From Escherichia phage EC1-UPM, in the sequence record NC_041906.1: a stretch of DNA of 64,000 bases. One strand, 5' to 3'. Each line of letters starts with the position of its first letter. Positions within the stretch are counted from its first letter, which is position 1. Shown piece by piece: positions 48,586 to 59,786 of the stretch. The position numbers were made by a program, and so were the translations under genes. Below the pieces are notes generated by a model, which did no database searches, was not told the DNA's origin, and worked only from the letters and a program-made list of their open reading frames with translations.

Positions 48586-49035
48586 TTAACGAGTTAGCTT
48601 GTTAGCTGCAATGTAAGCATCAGCTGAAGACTGGTCACGGTTTTCTGCCGTAGCACGACTACGAGCACGGTCTTCAAGTGCAGTGTTATAAGACTTAATC
48701 TGGTTATTCAGGTTAGTGTTAGTAACACTCTTAGCAAAGTTCAGCTGGTCTTTGGCTAACTTATTAGCCTGAAAACCACTATAGATATTTGCTAACGAAC
48801 CAAGAGCACCCAGTCCTAGTTGGAAGGTAGGTATGTTCATACCAAGCTGGTCAGCTGAGCCATTACCCGAACCAAACAGTGAGTTATCTAGGTTTCCATT
48901 TAAAAAATCCATACCAACTACCTGTCCTGGCTGATAATTCATAGCTGGGGTATTAAAGTTCTGATTGTTATTAGACATCCAAGACATAGCAGCTGGCTGT
49001 GGGGTTTGGTTGCCTGTAAAGAATGACAAATCCAT
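48586..49035 (-). CDS. virion protein (N4 gp52-like)
   Basis: ATG at 49035 with AGGAGA RBS (track start 49056 is TTG). Confidence 0.5.
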   Translation of the reverse strand: MDLSFFTGNQTPQPAAMSWMSNNNQNFNTPAMNYQPGQVVGMDFLNGNLDNSLFGSGNGSADQLGMNIPTFQLGLGALGSLANIYSGFQANKLAKDQLNFAKSVTNTNLNNQIKSYNTALEDRARSRATAENRDQSSADAYIAANKLTR

Positions 49036-49048
49036 GGGGATTCTCCTG

Positions 49049-51703
49049 TTAAACAAGGTCAGTATTAAGAGTCATGTCAGAGTAGTTACCTATCATATCT
49101 AGAGACAAGTCAGCTATATCTGAACCAGTCATGAGCGTACGTGATAAGAATGAATCCAGCGACTCTATTGACACGAATTGCATTGGGTCAATTACACCCT
49201 GTCCAGCAGTACCAAACATTTCTTCATACTGCTTATTGATTGCCATCATATCAGTATTGTACTGCTGCATTACTTTCTCTGCTTTCTGAATAGTAGCAGC
49301 CGTAGATGCATTAATATACTGGCTGATACCATTACCCACTGAACTGGTAAGCTGCATGATATTTTGGGCATTCATCATCTCACTCGCCAGAGTAGATAGA
49401 GATGTACCGGTAGACAAAGCAGTACCAACATTCATAGCTACCATTGAAGCGATAGCAGCAATGATAAAGCCCAGCTTGTCCCCGAACAGTGCGGCAGATA
49501 CTTTAGTGATAATAGATACAAGAATCATTCCAGCAATAGCATTTGCTACAGCACCCACTATCACAGCAGCTAATCCAACAAAGCCAAGTGATGCACCAAC
49601 TGCACCATACGCTCCAAGTATACCTGCTCCACCAGCACCAGCTGTAAATACAGAGATAACCACAGCAACTACAACAACCAAAATCTTAAAAGCAGAGGAA
49701 TGATACCATTTCTTCTTAACCTTCTTATATGAGTTCATCACTAAGTAGGAACAGGCAGTAGATAACTGAGTACTTCGAACCAGTGACATGGAACGGTATA
49801 TGTTAGTGTGTAGTGGAATAATGAATCCACTTTCTTCTGCATCACCCATTGCCCCAGCAACATCAATGTGTACTGATTTATTCTTATATACCCTGTTATA
49901 GTGATTTAGACCCAGTACTCTTAGTTTACGGTAAGTGTTATTACCATCCTGCCAAAGTAACTCGTATTCCTGCATAGTGTAAAATGTAGGAGTAACCTCC
50001 AATTCCTTAACTGAACCGGAGTTACGAGAGGTACGCATATTCTTGCGAGTAAGGGTTATATCCCCTGCATACCTGGCTCGAAGCTGACCCTGTTTAGCAC
50101 CAGGCCATGCTTTACCGGAGTGAGTAGTTTCAAATACATAGTTCCAGCCAATAGTCATGTCATACTTGTAATGTTTACTGCTATGTACCCTAAACTCTCG
50201 CTTAGGTATGACAGGGTATTCCGGCAGTGGAGGGGGTGTTCCAACAATATGACCTTCATGCCTGTTCCACCATTCTACATATGTATCAACCGCATCATTG
50301 GCTGCCTGATAACCTGCAATTACTGCTTCCAGAGTAGGGTAGGTTGGGTCAGGCGGAAATGCTTCAGTAGCCATCTGAAAGAAACGGTAGATGTATTCCT
50401 TAGCAGTATCCTCTGGGGTATTAAGAGATACACCGAATGTGCCATAAATGTATTGGATATCGCCTATGTCCTTATTCTTCTTAAGCTCAGTTATTACATT
50501 ATTGAGTTTACCACCAGTAGCTTTATAAAGAGCTTTCTTACAGTGAGGGTAGATTGGGTCATTCTCTACCCATTGTTTATCATTCCTGATCGGAATGAAT
50601 GGGTAGAATCGGTTGTCAGTAGCTTCAGTCTCAAACAGTGAATCCAGTACAACGTTACCAGAGTTCTGTTTATAGATAAGCATCTTAGGTGTACCAACAG
50701 CAGTCATCTCAGTATCAGTACGAGTAGTCTGCGATGAATACTTACGAACCAGTGTCTCTGTGGTTGTAGTAATTGTATCAGTACGAGTAACACCACCACC
50801 TATATCAACTACATTAGTAGTTACAGAAGTACTGGATTGAACCTCACCAAACTTTTTATGAGTCATTACCCTGTCAGATACAACCACAGTTACATCATTA
50901 GGTTTCTCAGTAAATCCTCTACGGTAAACCTTAACGTAGGAGTTCCAGTTATCCACACTTGGTTCAGTGACGGTACTGTCTTCATCCGGTCTACCGTCAG
51001 AGTAAACAGAATGAGTATGTATAGTCTTAGTAAGGTTAGTTGTATTAGCCGTCGTATCACTTGAGACAGTAGTCCATAACAAAGTGGAGGGTAAATCATC
51101 CTCATTATCATAGACAGTAGTTGGTCCCTCTACCGGTGGATTGGTAGATGGGGACTTATAGAATGAGTAATCAGCATAGAGATACAAAGCACCTGGTTCA
51201 AAGTTAGTGGGTGTGAATTTAATAGTAGAACCTCCATCCAGGGAGGTCATAGTAATTTCATTAGTATCTTCATCAATATCTATGTCGAATCGTTCCATGA
51301 TTCGACTTGGAGCATTCTCATAAAGATACTGGTCACACCATTGTTCAAAGTCAGCAAAGCCAATCTCTGCTGCCTGAACATAAACAGACTCTCCAGCAGG
51401 TGGTGTAATTTGACCCTCTATTACAGTAGGGTCAATCTTAGCCAGTACACCTAATGAAGAACCAGCCATACCAACTTCTGAATCATAGTGGTTCTTACTC
51501 CAGCTGGAGAACAGTCGCATACGAATACCAGGTCCATTCATATAACTATCAGAGATAGTGTCTGCCATAGTGAATCCTGTATTGGAAACAATGTTACCAA
51601 TGACTACAGTCTTCATATAGTTAGGACGTTTGTGTATATCCCCTGCCATGTTATAGACAGAGGATGCTACGTATACTTTGGTCTTCCCACTGAATAAACC
51701 CAT
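49049..51703 (-). CDS. large internal virion protein (N4 gp53-like) with Gly/Ala-rich membrane-spanning segment
   Basis: 884 aa; hydrophobic VVVAVVISVFTAGAGGAGILGAYGAVGASLGFVGLAAVIVGAV; TAATATG coupling with upstream gene. Confidence 0.55.
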   Translation of the reverse strand: MGLFSGKTKVYVASSVYNMAGDIHKRPNYMKTVVIGNIVSNTGFTMADTISDSYMNGPGIRMRLFSSWSKNHYDSEVGMAGSSLGVLAKIDPTVIEGQITPPAGESVYVQAAEIGFADFEQWCDQYLYENAPSRIMERFDIDIDEDTNEITMTSLDGGSTIKFTPTNFEPGALYLYADYSFYKSPSTNPPVEGPTTVYDNEDDLPSTLLWTTVSSDTTANTTNLTKTIHTHSVYSDGRPDEDSTVTEPSVDNWNSYVKVYRRGFTEKPNDVTVVVSDRVMTHKKFGEVQSSTSVTTNVVDIGGGVTRTDTITTTTETLVRKYSSQTTRTDTEMTAVGTPKMLIYKQNSGNVVLDSLFETEATDNRFYPFIPIRNDKQWVENDPIYPHCKKALYKATGGKLNNVITELKKNKDIGDIQYIYGTFGVSLNTPEDTAKEYIYRFFQMATEAFPPDPTYPTLEAVIAGYQAANDAVDTYVEWWNRHEGHIVGTPPPLPEYPVIPKREFRVHSSKHYKYDMTIGWNYVFETTHSGKAWPGAKQGQLRARYAGDITLTRKNMRTSRNSGSVKELEVTPTFYTMQEYELLWQDGNNTYRKLRVLGLNHYNRVYKNKSVHIDVAGAMGDAEESGFIIPLHTNIYRSMSLVRSTQLSTACSYLVMNSYKKVKKKWYHSSAFKILVVVVAVVISVFTAGAGGAGILGAYGAVGASLGFVGLAAVIVGAVANAIAGMILVSIITKVSAALFGDKLGFIIAAIASMVAMNVGTALSTGTSLSTLASEMMNAQNIMQLTSSVGNGISQYINASTAATIQKAEKVMQQYNTDMMAINKQYEEMFGTAGQGVIDPMQFVSIESLDSFLSRTLMTGSDIADLSLDMIGNYSDMTLNTDLV

Positions 51704-51704
51704 A

Positions 51705-52541
51705 TTAGTTCAGCCCGTTGTTAGACTTCAGCTTGGTCAGAATGGTATCAATACTTGCGTTAGTGAAACCATTAGGTGGATTCAAGCCTTCATCAATAGT
51801 CTTCTGAGTAATCCATGCATCAGTAAACAGCTTGGATGCTTTAACTTCTGCATCACGTTGGTAAGAGGTAATCTGTTGGGTATACAGATCTTTCTGTTTA
51901 CCAACAGAACCTTTAACTACTGCACCATCTGTACGAGTGTCCAGAGTCTGTGCACGTTGTGCTTCGGTCTGCTCGGTAAGCAACTTAAGCTGCTGAGGTA
52001 ACATCTGCCCGACATTAAACAATGCAGCACAGTACGTTTCAGACTCAGTAGCAATCTTCATCTTAGTAAGGGCATACTCACTCTTAGCAGACAGTGCCTG
52101 AAGCTTAGCTAGTACAAACTGAGCTTTAGAGGTAGCCAACGTAACACGAGCAGTAACTGCCTGAATCTGTGCCAATGCAGCAGCCCAGTATGCCTGGTCA
52201 CGACCAAGTAAGAACTGAACAGCATTACTCATGCACGATTCCATCATAGCAATGTATGCTTTGGTGTATTCACCACCTGTAATACGGTTAGCCTTAAACT
52301 CAGCCTTAAGGTGATTGTGTGCAGATTCCATTAATGCATCAAACGTACCACTACCACCTACTTCACGAGTAGTAAGAGATTCATTGGTTATTTTGGTAAT
52401 AGCACCAAAGATTGGAGAACCATCCCCACCTGGGATATCCCACTCAGGACCGGACATATCAATATCAGGAAGGGTAAAATCATCACCCTTAGTCAACTCC
52501 TCAAGGAGTCGGTTAGCTTCTACCTCAGCAGAACAAGACAT
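51705..52541 (-). CDS. virion structural protein (N4 gp54-like)
   Basis: 278 aa ORF in conserved late-module position; AAGAGGA RBS. Confidence 0.5.
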   Translation of the reverse strand: MSCSAEVEANRLLEELTKGDDFTLPDIDMSGPEWDIPGGDGSPIFGAITKITNESLTTREVGGSGTFDALMESAHNHLKAEFKANRITGGEYTKAYIAMMESCMSNAVQFLLGRDQAYWAAALAQIQAVTARVTLATSKAQFVLAKLQALSAKSEYALTKMKIATESETYCAALFNVGQMLPQQLKLLTEQTEAQRAQTLDTRTDGAVVKGSVGKQKDLYTQQITSYQRDAEVKASKLFTDAWITQKTIDEGLNPPNGFTNASIDTILTKLKSNNGLN

Positions 52542-52617
52542 AATCATTCCTCTTGGTTCAAAAAGAAACGGCCCACGGAGTTACCCCAGTGAGCCGTGTT
52601 GAACTGTAGCTTATACG

Positions 52618-53250
52618 TTAATCGTTAAGGCTACCAGCAGCAATCTGTGCTTGAGCCAGTTGAGCTAATTCAGCTTCAGTCAACGGAGGCAGTACTTCAA
52701 TGGAGAACTCGCGTGCTTCTGTTGCACGGATGTCCGGTAAGCCATTCTTACCTTTACGGGTAGTAATGTTAATGAACTTACGCTCTTTAAGGAACTCGTA
52801 GATACAGTACGGGATGTGATAACCATTGTCGGTTACTTCACCGAACGGAACAAACTTACGTACAGTACCCATATATTCGTTAGCTACGGTGATAATCTCA
52901 CCCGGCAGATCTTTCTTCTTAGGGTCAAGGTTCTGGATACGTACACGAATCAGTCGAGTCTGTTCTGCACGAATCTTCTGACCCAGGGTCATCTTCTTAA
53001 CACCAGCTTCTTGATTAGCACCCAATGGGTTAACAGTAGCTTCTACTACTGGTTCATCTTTTACTTGTGCAGCTTCAATCTTCTCACGAAGCTTCTCAAC
53101 GGAAATGTTGTTAGAGAACTTGATATTCATCAACGTTGCACGTTGCTTAAGAACTTCAAGTTCGCTAGGCATTGCAATATCGTTAACGGTATCTTCGTTG
53201 CCCTGTACGTTCACTTCTACGTCAGTGGTCGGTTTATCGTTAATGCTCAT
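52618..53250 (-). CDS. hypothetical structural protein (N4 gp55-like)
   Basis: ORF downstream of MCP gene on - strand. Confidence 0.45.
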   Translation of the reverse strand: MSINDKPTTDVEVNVQGNEDTVNDIAMPSELEVLKQRATLMNIKFSNNISVEKLREKIEAAQVKDEPVVEATVNPLGANQEAGVKKMTLGQKIRAEQTRLIRVRIQNLDPKKKDLPGEIITVANEYMGTVRKFVPFGEVTDNGYHIPYCIYEFLKERKFINITTRKGKNGLPDIRATEAREFSIEVLPPLTEAELAQLAQAQIAAGSLND

Positions 53251-53285
53251 GTTCATATTTCCTGTGGTTCGTTTAGTTTTATTAA

Positions 53286-53305
53286 GAGGGGGACTTATGT
53301 CCCCC
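53286..53305 (-). terminator. stable hairpin downstream of MCP gene (terminator or RNA stabiliser)
   Basis: AGGGGGAC-TTAT-GTCCCCCT; strong T-tract on + side, weaker on - side. Confidence 0.4.
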
Positions 53306-53323
53306 TTGTTTTATTTCGGACTA

Positions 53324-54526
53324 TTACAGAGGAGCAACAGTCTTAATCAGAGCCAGACGTTCTGGGCGTTTAACCAGAATACCATAGTACCACTTGATAG
53401 AACTGAAGCCAGTTTCACCATACGGGTCGTTACGGTCAGCAGTTTCTTTACCAGGCATCTTAGTCATGATGGTGAACTTAACAGACTTACCATCAGTCTG
53501 GAAGCCAATGGTAGAGAAGGAGTCATCACCAACTACCAGCATCGGGAATACGTCGTAGTGCTCCTGACCAGATACCATAGAGGTACGGTAGCCTGGGTTA
53601 GTAGTAACCTGTGCACCAGCACCTGCCCAATGCAGCATCTCAGGAACCTGGATAATACGGAACTTATCAATACAACCGATTTCACCATTCATCAGAGTAC
53701 CAGCGTCAGCATAGTGCTGAATTTCAATGAATGCTTTGTTACCGAACAGGTCTTTCATCGCTTTCAGTTCTGGAACCAGTTCAGAACCTACGTACATTAC
53801 ACGAGTACCACCAAGTACTTTGGTATCTGTCAGTTTAGAACCAGTGATGATAGTAGTCTGGGTCGGAGTACGGTTCTCAGTAAGAATCTGGTCAAGACGC
53901 ATCAAGTTCTTATAAGAAACTACAGACGGGGTAGCACCTTCACCGGTGATGGTAGCATCAGAGACAGCAGCACCTGCATACAGTACAGTACCGGCAGCAG
54001 CCAACAGGTCTTTCTGAAGAACAGCCTCAGTCAACTGTACAGCACCATTCATCAGTTCACGGGACAGGTGTTCTTTCAGTTGGTCATCAGAATCAAAGTC
54101 CAGAGACTCTTGGGTAAATTCGTAGAAGAAGCCGAACTTATGAATAGAGCCTTCACGAGCAAGACGAGTGAAGCCTACACGGTTAACACGACCACCGTTC
54201 TCTGACAACAGGGGCAGTTTAGAGGTGATGTTACCAACGTCTTTAGAAGAACCATACAGGTTACCGTTAACGATGGTAGCACCATTAGCATCAATACCCT
54301 GGTCGTTAATGTTCTTATCGTCGAGCAGAGGAACGTACTCATACACCTTAACAGTCTTACCGTAGTTCTTCGGCATGTTAACGGTGTTAGCTAGAGGCAT
54401 GAAATACTGGTCTTTACGGGACTGAATAATAGCCTTCTTCAGCCAGTAATAGGTATTCATCTGGTCGGAACCAGCACCATCAATGCTAGATTTCTGACCG
54501 TCAATTGGAGCGTTATAGTTTAACAT
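53324..54526 (-). CDS. major capsid protein (N4 gp56-like)
   Basis: 400 aa; position between scaffold-like and gp55-like genes; followed by strong hairpin; size matches N4 MCP. Confidence 0.65.
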   Translation of the reverse strand: MLNYNAPIDGQKSSIDGAGSDQMNTYYWLKKAIIQSRKDQYFMPLANTVNMPKNYGKTVKVYEYVPLLDDKNINDQGIDANGATIVNGNLYGSSKDVGNITSKLPLLSENGGRVNRVGFTRLAREGSIHKFGFFYEFTQESLDFDSDDQLKEHLSRELMNGAVQLTEAVLQKDLLAAAGTVLYAGAAVSDATITGEGATPSVVSYKNLMRLDQILTENRTPTQTTIITGSKLTDTKVLGGTRVMYVGSELVPELKAMKDLFGNKAFIEIQHYADAGTLMNGEIGCIDKFRIIQVPEMLHWAGAGAQVTTNPGYRTSMVSGQEHYDVFPMLVVGDDSFSTIGFQTDGKSVKFTIMTKMPGKETADRNDPYGETGFSSIKWYYGILVKRPERLALIKTVAPL

Positions 54527-54542
54527 ATCATCTCATTCCTGT

Positions 54543-55763
54543 TTAAAGACTACCCGGTACTGGGAGTTTAGCGAAATCTTCATCACTCATAGCGAGTGGG
54601 TTTACAATAGGCGTTGCTTTACGTGTAGCAGCCCGATTAAGGGAAGCTGCTTTAGCTTGCTCATTATTAGCCAGAGTCTGCTTAGGTCGTGCTACACGCA
54701 CTACCGGCTGAACAGCTGGTTTAACTGCTTGTACTGGTTCAGGCTTAGCCACTTGGTTAAATGCTCCTTGTTGTGCAAGAAGGTTACCAACGTGGTTATA
54801 AGCCTGAATAAACGGAGTACCTACCGGAATCTGGCCTAACATCTGAAGACGATTCACTTCGTTAGCAATGGTGTCATAAATACCATTCTCACGTTGTTCG
54901 TGAATGGTGTGAAGTAAGCCACGGTTCTGATAAAGAGCATCTTTACTGGCAGCATCCCATGTCGAGCTAATAACACCTAATGTAGCTTGTCCTTCTTGAG
55001 TAGACTTTAAGTCGTCAATTTCGGTTGCAAAATCTGCTTCGGTGTCTGTAACACGGTAATTGCCACCCTGGTAGTTAATTTCCTCATCAGGATTAAAGTC
55101 CAGAGGATCTGTACCAGAGTCTTTCAACAACTTTTTAATGGCTTCAGGATTCTTCTTATCCAGGTCAATCAGGAAAGAAAGTTTTTCCTCATCCATTAAA
55201 CCGTTGTTCTGTAGCATCAGCATTACCTTACGGTACGGCTGAAGTTCTTGCATCTTACGAGTATAGTTAGCACCCATCTGCATCAGGCTAATGGCCTCCT
55301 CCGGAGAACGGGGAGTAATCATTTTGCCGTTGGCTTTAAAAGGAGCCATCAACTTCTCATAACCTTCCTTATAGTTGAAGTCAGCAGGCAGACCTTCAGA
55401 CTGTTTGCCTTCTTCTTTCTGTTCCTGGCCTGGTTCAGCAGTAGAAGGTTCAGCTTTAGTAATCGGCTTACCGTTACTATCAACTTCTGTGTCAACAACT
55501 TTATCATCAACTTTATCAGAAGTTAAAGAATTTGCTGAATCATCTTCATCTGGGTCAGGTTCAGTGGAGGTTTCTTCGGTTGGTAGGTCTTCAACAGCAG
55601 GGGGGTCAACTTCTTCTTCAGGAGTCTGTACGCCGTTGGTTTCTGGGTTGTTCTGAGTGGAAGTAACTTCCTCAGCAATAATAGCTGGGACTTCCATATT
55701 CAGAATCTCATCATCCGACATTGCGAGAATGTCGGAAGCTGTGGTTGCAGCTTCCGTAGTCAT
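54543..55763 (-). CDS. scaffolding-like protein (acidic N-terminus; N4 gp57-like)
   Basis: 406 aa, D/E-rich N-terminal third; located between portal and MCP genes. Confidence 0.5.
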   Translation of the reverse strand: MTTEAATTASDILAMSDDEILNMEVPAIIAEEVTSTQNNPETNGVQTPEEEVDPPAVEDLPTEETSTEPDPDEDDSANSLTSDKVDDKVVDTEVDSNGKPITKAEPSTAEPGQEQKEEGKQSEGLPADFNYKEGYEKLMAPFKANGKMITPRSPEEAISLMQMGANYTRKMQELQPYRKVMLMLQNNGLMDEEKLSFLIDLDKKNPEAIKKLLKDSGTDPLDFNPDEEINYQGGNYRVTDTEADFATEIDDLKSTQEGQATLGVISSTWDAASKDALYQNRGLLHTIHEQRENGIYDTIANEVNRLQMLGQIPVGTPFIQAYNHVGNLLAQQGAFNQVAKPEPVQAVKPAVQPVVRVARPKQTLANNEQAKAASLNRAATRKATPIVNPLAMSDEDFAKLPVPGSL

Positions 55764-55782
55764 AGGAAATATCTCCGGTTAA

Positions 55783-56127
55783 TTATTCGTCTTCAGGTTC
55801 AGCACGAACTGCGTCGAGTTCTTCTTCTACCTGTAGAATAACGTCAGCTTCGTTTTCACCCATACGAATGGCGAGGTCGAGCCAACGACGTAAGTGACCA
55901 GCAGCTTGAGCCATGTTCAGTGCATCTGCACGGTTATTTGGTTCAAGCAGTGGGTCACCAGACTCCTGCACGTAACGTGCACAATCTTCCACACAGAATT
56001 GGCGAAGAATTACTTTACGGAACAGTGGATTCTCCAGAAGTTTACGTACATCTTCTGCATGTGCAACTGCACCTTTAGCAGCTTCCAGTCGATGTTCCAG
56101 TCCTGCGATTGTTGATTCTTTACTCAT
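55783..56127 (-). CDS. hypothetical protein (N4 gp58-like)
   Basis: 114 aa ORF between portal and scaffold-like genes. Confidence 0.45.
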   Translation of the reverse strand: MSKESTIAGLEHRLEAAKGAVAHAEDVRKLLENPLFRKVILRQFCVEDCARYVQESGDPLLEPNNRADALNMAQAAGHLRRWLDLAIRMGENEADVILQVEEELDAVRAEPEDE

Positions 56128-56140
56128 GTGAAGGTCTGCC

Positions 56141-58411
56141 TTATAGGTTCATACCAAGAGCCGATGCTGGGTCTTGGCTAGGGTCATAATACTGGGAACT
56201 GAGTGAATAAGTCGGATCTTGCTGTGCAGCTAAGTCACGTTCCTGTAAAGAGTTCCCGTTAGTCAAAGCGTTATATCCGACAGCAGCAGATATGTTGGGG
56301 GTAGTTTCACCTTCTTTAGTAGGTGTTGTCAACGCCTTAGTTATTTGAAGGTTCTGGTTTCCTTGAGATTGTGCTTTTTGTTTTTCCATATCACGAGCAT
56401 GTTTAGTACCAGATTCCTGTTCCAGATAATCAAGGTCTTTAAGGTCACCGCTAGAAGCAGCTTCTTTAGCTTTAGCATTATTAAGTGCAATCTTACTTTG
56501 CAGCTCTTCGTTCTCAAGCTGTGCTTTCTGAATTGCTAATTGCTTAAGCTGTTCCTCCATAGGGTCTGGTTGTGGTTTCCAGGTACGTAATTCATGAGCA
56601 AGGTCTGGCATACGTTTAAGTTCTGCAATCTTAGCTACAAGGGATAATGTAATAGTCTGGTCAACTGTATTACCTAATGTTTGAACCATGAAGCTCAGGT
56701 CTTGAGATTTCTGGTTATCAATCTCAGCAGTATTAATATCAACTTCAATGTCGAAGTTACCTTTAAGGTCTTCACGGTTAATTTCTACATACTGTTCATT
56801 AGTAATACGTACTACTTCCTTCTCAGATAAGAACACAGCATTCATTGCACAAATCTTAGTACCAATGTCTGCCATACCCTTAGCTAATCGACGAAGAATT
56901 GCCATTTCACGTTTAGATGCTGCATCAAGTGCACCACGAATACCAGCAGCTACATCTCCATAGGCTGCACCAGTTACACCACCAGAGAATGCTTTAACAC
57001 CTGTTAGTGCTTCTGCTTCCTGGTTCTGCATCTGAGTCATTACTATTGCCGACTGAGGTAACTCTGGGAACTTATGCTCCATAATAGACTGACTAGGGTT
57101 ACCCTGCATTGGGTTATATTCATAGTCTTGCCCATCGTCATACCGACGTCGGTTAAGAGTATCTAACATCCCTTTAGGATAACCACGTTGCCCGTTTGCA
57201 CTTCGACCTAATAGGTCAATCATCCCACGCATGGTTGCACCAAGAATTGCTTGGTTATCCCCTAACAGTTCAGCATCAGCTTCACCATAGAGTTCACGTT
57301 TACGGGGCATATATGGAACAACTACCAAAGGTAATTTACCATCCGGGAATGGGTTCTTCTCCATACGAATAAGAGTAGAACCAATCCAGGTAGCAACAAT
57401 AGGTTCAAGTGAACCATCATCATTGATGTCATAGAATCCCCAGTATTCATAAGCAATGACTTTCTTACGAAGTGCATCCTTAAACTGGAAATCACCAGGA
57501 GTTTTACTTTCATGGTCCGGGTCAGTCATAGGACTAGAACTTTCCCAGTCAATCTTATCCAGGTTGTGATAACGGTCTTTGTTTTTCATGAGGTCTGCTT
57601 TGCACGTCTCAAAGGAGATAACTGCATAAAGAGCCTTATCCAAATCACCATTACAGCTTGGGTCAATAACTACGTTATTAGGGTTAAGCATTTCAACAGT
57701 AGGTCTGTTAACCAGTGCTTTCTCTACCTCTACCTCAGTAACACCAGTCTGGATTGCATACGTAGCTTCCCCAGTTTCATTGAAGTAGTTAACAGCTTCC
57801 TTAATATCTTCCGGCATTGTTTCATCATACTCACGGGGATTTTCTGCCTGAAGCTGTAGAGCCTGCTGAAGAATATCTGCTTGTTCTTGGTTCTCAATTG
57901 GATACAACTGGAAGACTGGTGTTTCTGTTTTAATCTTAACAGTCTTACGTTCCCAACCAATACGAGCAATACCAGTGCCATCATCTACGACACTGTGTAC
58001 GTAATCATCTACCAGTTTTACTTTATTAAGCTGAGTACGGAATTGGTAGTTAAGAACTAGTTCATTCTGACGTGCAGCTAACTCATCTTCAAAAGTAACA
58101 GGGGTTACCTTAAAGAGTTTATTAGATGAAAGGAATGGTTCGGACAATGGTGCATAACGCCACTCTGCCTGACGGCGAACCAGTCTAGGTTGGACTTGTG
58201 AGCGTCCTTTAACCTTTGGGGGTTTAGCCTTGCCCTTAACTTCCATCAAGTCATTCCACTCACGAATCTGAGCCATGATTGCATCGTGAGCAGGTTTAGC
58301 TGATTCCAAATCACCTTTCAGTAATTGGATACTTGGTTCCTTCTTCCAGTCCGTTAACTTCTCTGATTGAGCCGGGTCTGGTAAAGGCTTAAAAGTGTCT
58401 TGGTGTTCCAT
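56141..58411 (-). CDS. portal protein (N4 gp59-like)
   Basis: 756 aa; upstream of scaffold/MCP genes in transcription order; size matches N4 portal. Confidence 0.65.
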   Translation of the reverse strand: MEHQDTFKPLPDPAQSEKLTDWKKEPSIQLLKGDLESAKPAHDAIMAQIREWNDLMEVKGKAKPPKVKGRSQVQPRLVRRQAEWRYAPLSEPFLSSNKLFKVTPVTFEDELAARQNELVLNYQFRTQLNKVKLVDDYVHSVVDDGTGIARIGWERKTVKIKTETPVFQLYPIENQEQADILQQALQLQAENPREYDETMPEDIKEAVNYFNETGEATYAIQTGVTEVEVEKALVNRPTVEMLNPNNVVIDPSCNGDLDKALYAVISFETCKADLMKNKDRYHNLDKIDWESSSPMTDPDHESKTPGDFQFKDALRKKVIAYEYWGFYDINDDGSLEPIVATWIGSTLIRMEKNPFPDGKLPLVVVPYMPRKRELYGEADAELLGDNQAILGATMRGMIDLLGRSANGQRGYPKGMLDTLNRRRYDDGQDYEYNPMQGNPSQSIMEHKFPELPQSAIVMTQMQNQEAEALTGVKAFSGGVTGAAYGDVAAGIRGALDAASKREMAILRRLAKGMADIGTKICAMNAVFLSEKEVVRITNEQYVEINREDLKGNFDIEVDINTAEIDNQKSQDLSFMVQTLGNTVDQTITLSLVAKIAELKRMPDLAHELRTWKPQPDPMEEQLKQLAIQKAQLENEELQSKIALNNAKAKEAASSGDLKDLDYLEQESGTKHARDMEKQKAQSQGNQNLQITKALTTPTKEGETTPNISAAVGYNALTNGNSLQERDLAAQQDPTYSLSSQYYDPSQDPASALGMNL

Positions 58412-58413
58412 AG

Positions 58414-58920
58414 TTATTCCTGTTCAAAAAGTTTACGGTCAGCCTGAATCTGTTTACCCAACTCAATTAGTTGGCTGTCACGGAGTCTAACAGTTGCTCT
58501 GAGTTCTTCAACCAAACGTCTGCCTTCTTCAAGATTGTTGTCGAGTCTGGATGCATGGCTTGCAAGACTTCTGCACTCAAAGGTTCCGGCTTCGGCTTGA
58601 CGTTTATATACCGATGCTCGTCTTTCAGACTGTTGCATCCGGCTGTCGTAATCACTGCTAACGCGAGCAAGCTCGCTTGCGTAATTACTCTCAGCCGTCT
58701 GCAACCGGGAAGTGAGTAACCCAACTTCATAACTATGGTTTCTTTGGAGAGCATTGTATTTGTCCTGTAATTTTTGCGTTGCCTTTTGGTCTTCAACCTT
58801 TTGGGCATCCCACTTCTTTTGAACAGTAGACTGCCCATTGGAATTACCCCAAAAGTAAATGGTGGCCCCTAGGACCACCACCAGAAGATAAGGCCAACCT
58901 TTAGAGATTAGCATCTTCAT
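58414..58920 (-). CDS. i-spanin (Rz-like)
   Basis: N-terminal [18 protein letters not shown] then coiled-coil-rich periplasmic domain; directly after endolysin gene. Confidence 0.55.
   Translation of the reverse strand: MKMLISKGWPYLLVVVLGATIYFWGNSNGQSTVQKKWDAQKVEDQKATQKLQDKYNALQRNHSYEVGLLTSRLQTAESNYASELARVSSDYDSRMQQSERRASVYKRQAEAGTFECRSLASHASRLDNNLEEGRRLVEELRATVRLRDSQLIELGKQIQADRKLFEQE
58467..58730 (-). CDS. o-spanin (Rz1-like lipoprotein) embedded in +1 frame of i-spanin gene
   Basis: [32 protein letters not shown] signal peptide with lipobox-like TAGC, then Pro-rich PKPEP; wholly inside Rz ORF. Confidence 0.45.
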   Translation of the reverse strand: MKLGYSLPGCRRLRVITQASLLALAVITTAGCNSLKDEHRYINVKPKPEPLSAEVLQAMHPDSTTILKKADVWLKNSEQLLDSVTAN

Positions 58921-59536
58921 TACATGCCTCCAGTGGCACATTGCCTATTCGGTTAGCTACCCAACCATACGTAAAGTCTGGCATGTTTAATGAGGTGTAG
59001 TGGTTCAGTTGTTTGGCATCAAGTAACTTAATCATTACCTGACATGCTGCAACTTTGCCTCGTTTTTTCTGTAATGCTTTATATGCATTAACAGTACTTG
59101 TACCGACTTTACCATCAACCTGTATTTTAGGGTAGTCTTTGCCATCACGGGACATTTCGTTAAGAGATAACTGCAACCACTTAGCAGGACGGGTTACACC
59201 AGTGTTAACACCAGCATCAACCAGTTTGTGTGTTACAGCAGGAGATATATCAGCGAAAGCTACGAAGTTAGGCTTAAGTACGTAATCATCAATGTATATC
59301 TCAGCAGCCATCTCTTTAGATAAACCTTTCATAGAACCATCCCAACCATATTCAGTAGCCAGAACTTCTTTATGAGTCTTAGCTACAGATTGGGTAATAC
59401 CATGATTGGTTTCCCCACCTGGGTCACGAGGATTGTTTACATATCCTCCTTCCATATAGAACACTGCCCCCAGAATAGCAGCGATAACTCCTCCCACTGC
59501 ACCACCTTTCGCAGCAAGTTTCTGTTTAGCTTTCAT
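58901..59536 (-). CDS. endolysin, GH108 N-acetylmuramidase with C-terminal peptidoglycan-binding domain (N4 gp61-like)
   Basis: EGGYVNNPRDPGGETNHGIT is the GH108 signature. Confidence 0.75.
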   Translation of the reverse strand: MKAKQKLAAKGGAVGGVIAAILGAVFYMEGGYVNNPRDPGGETNHGITQSVAKTHKEVLATEYGWDGSMKGLSKEMAAEIYIDDYVLKPNFVAFADISPAVTHKLVDAGVNTGVTRPAKWLQLSLNEMSRDGKDYPKIQVDGKVGTSTVNAYKALQKKRGKVAACQVMIKLLDAKQLNHYTSLNMPDFTYGWVANRIGNVPLEACNEDANL

Positions 59537-59786
59537 GTGAATTTTCCTTTGGACGGAATCGTATCAATCTACCAACGATGTTTAAGGCAAACAATGCGAT
59601 TGCAATATTGGAACCATGGGGAATATCTTCCAGGATGTGACGGGGTAATCCTGTCAGCATTGGTTGAATGATATCTATGGCAGAAAACATAATTAGCCCA
59701 AGTGTACTAATCTGAATGGATGCCCATTTCCAGCATCTTTTCCAATTAGGTACTAACTCTACCTTTCTTTTTAGCCTGCGAACCAT
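59526..59786 (-). CDS. holin candidate (two TM helices)
   Basis: TM1 ASIQISTLGLIMFSAIDII, TM2 IAIALFALNIVGRLI; overlaps endolysin start; start codon uncertain (59852 or 59786). Confidence 0.4.
   Translation of the reverse strand: MVRRLKRKVELVPNWKRCWKWASIQISTLGLIMFSAIDIIQPMLTGLPRHILEDIPHGSNIAIALFALNIVGRLIRFRPKENSHES

Noticed and set aside
53105-54205. 366-aa + strand ORF antisense to the major capsid gene
   Set aside because: Fully overlaps the MCP-like gene on the opposite strand; Ser/Thr/Leu-rich translation typical of antisense frames; no RBS.
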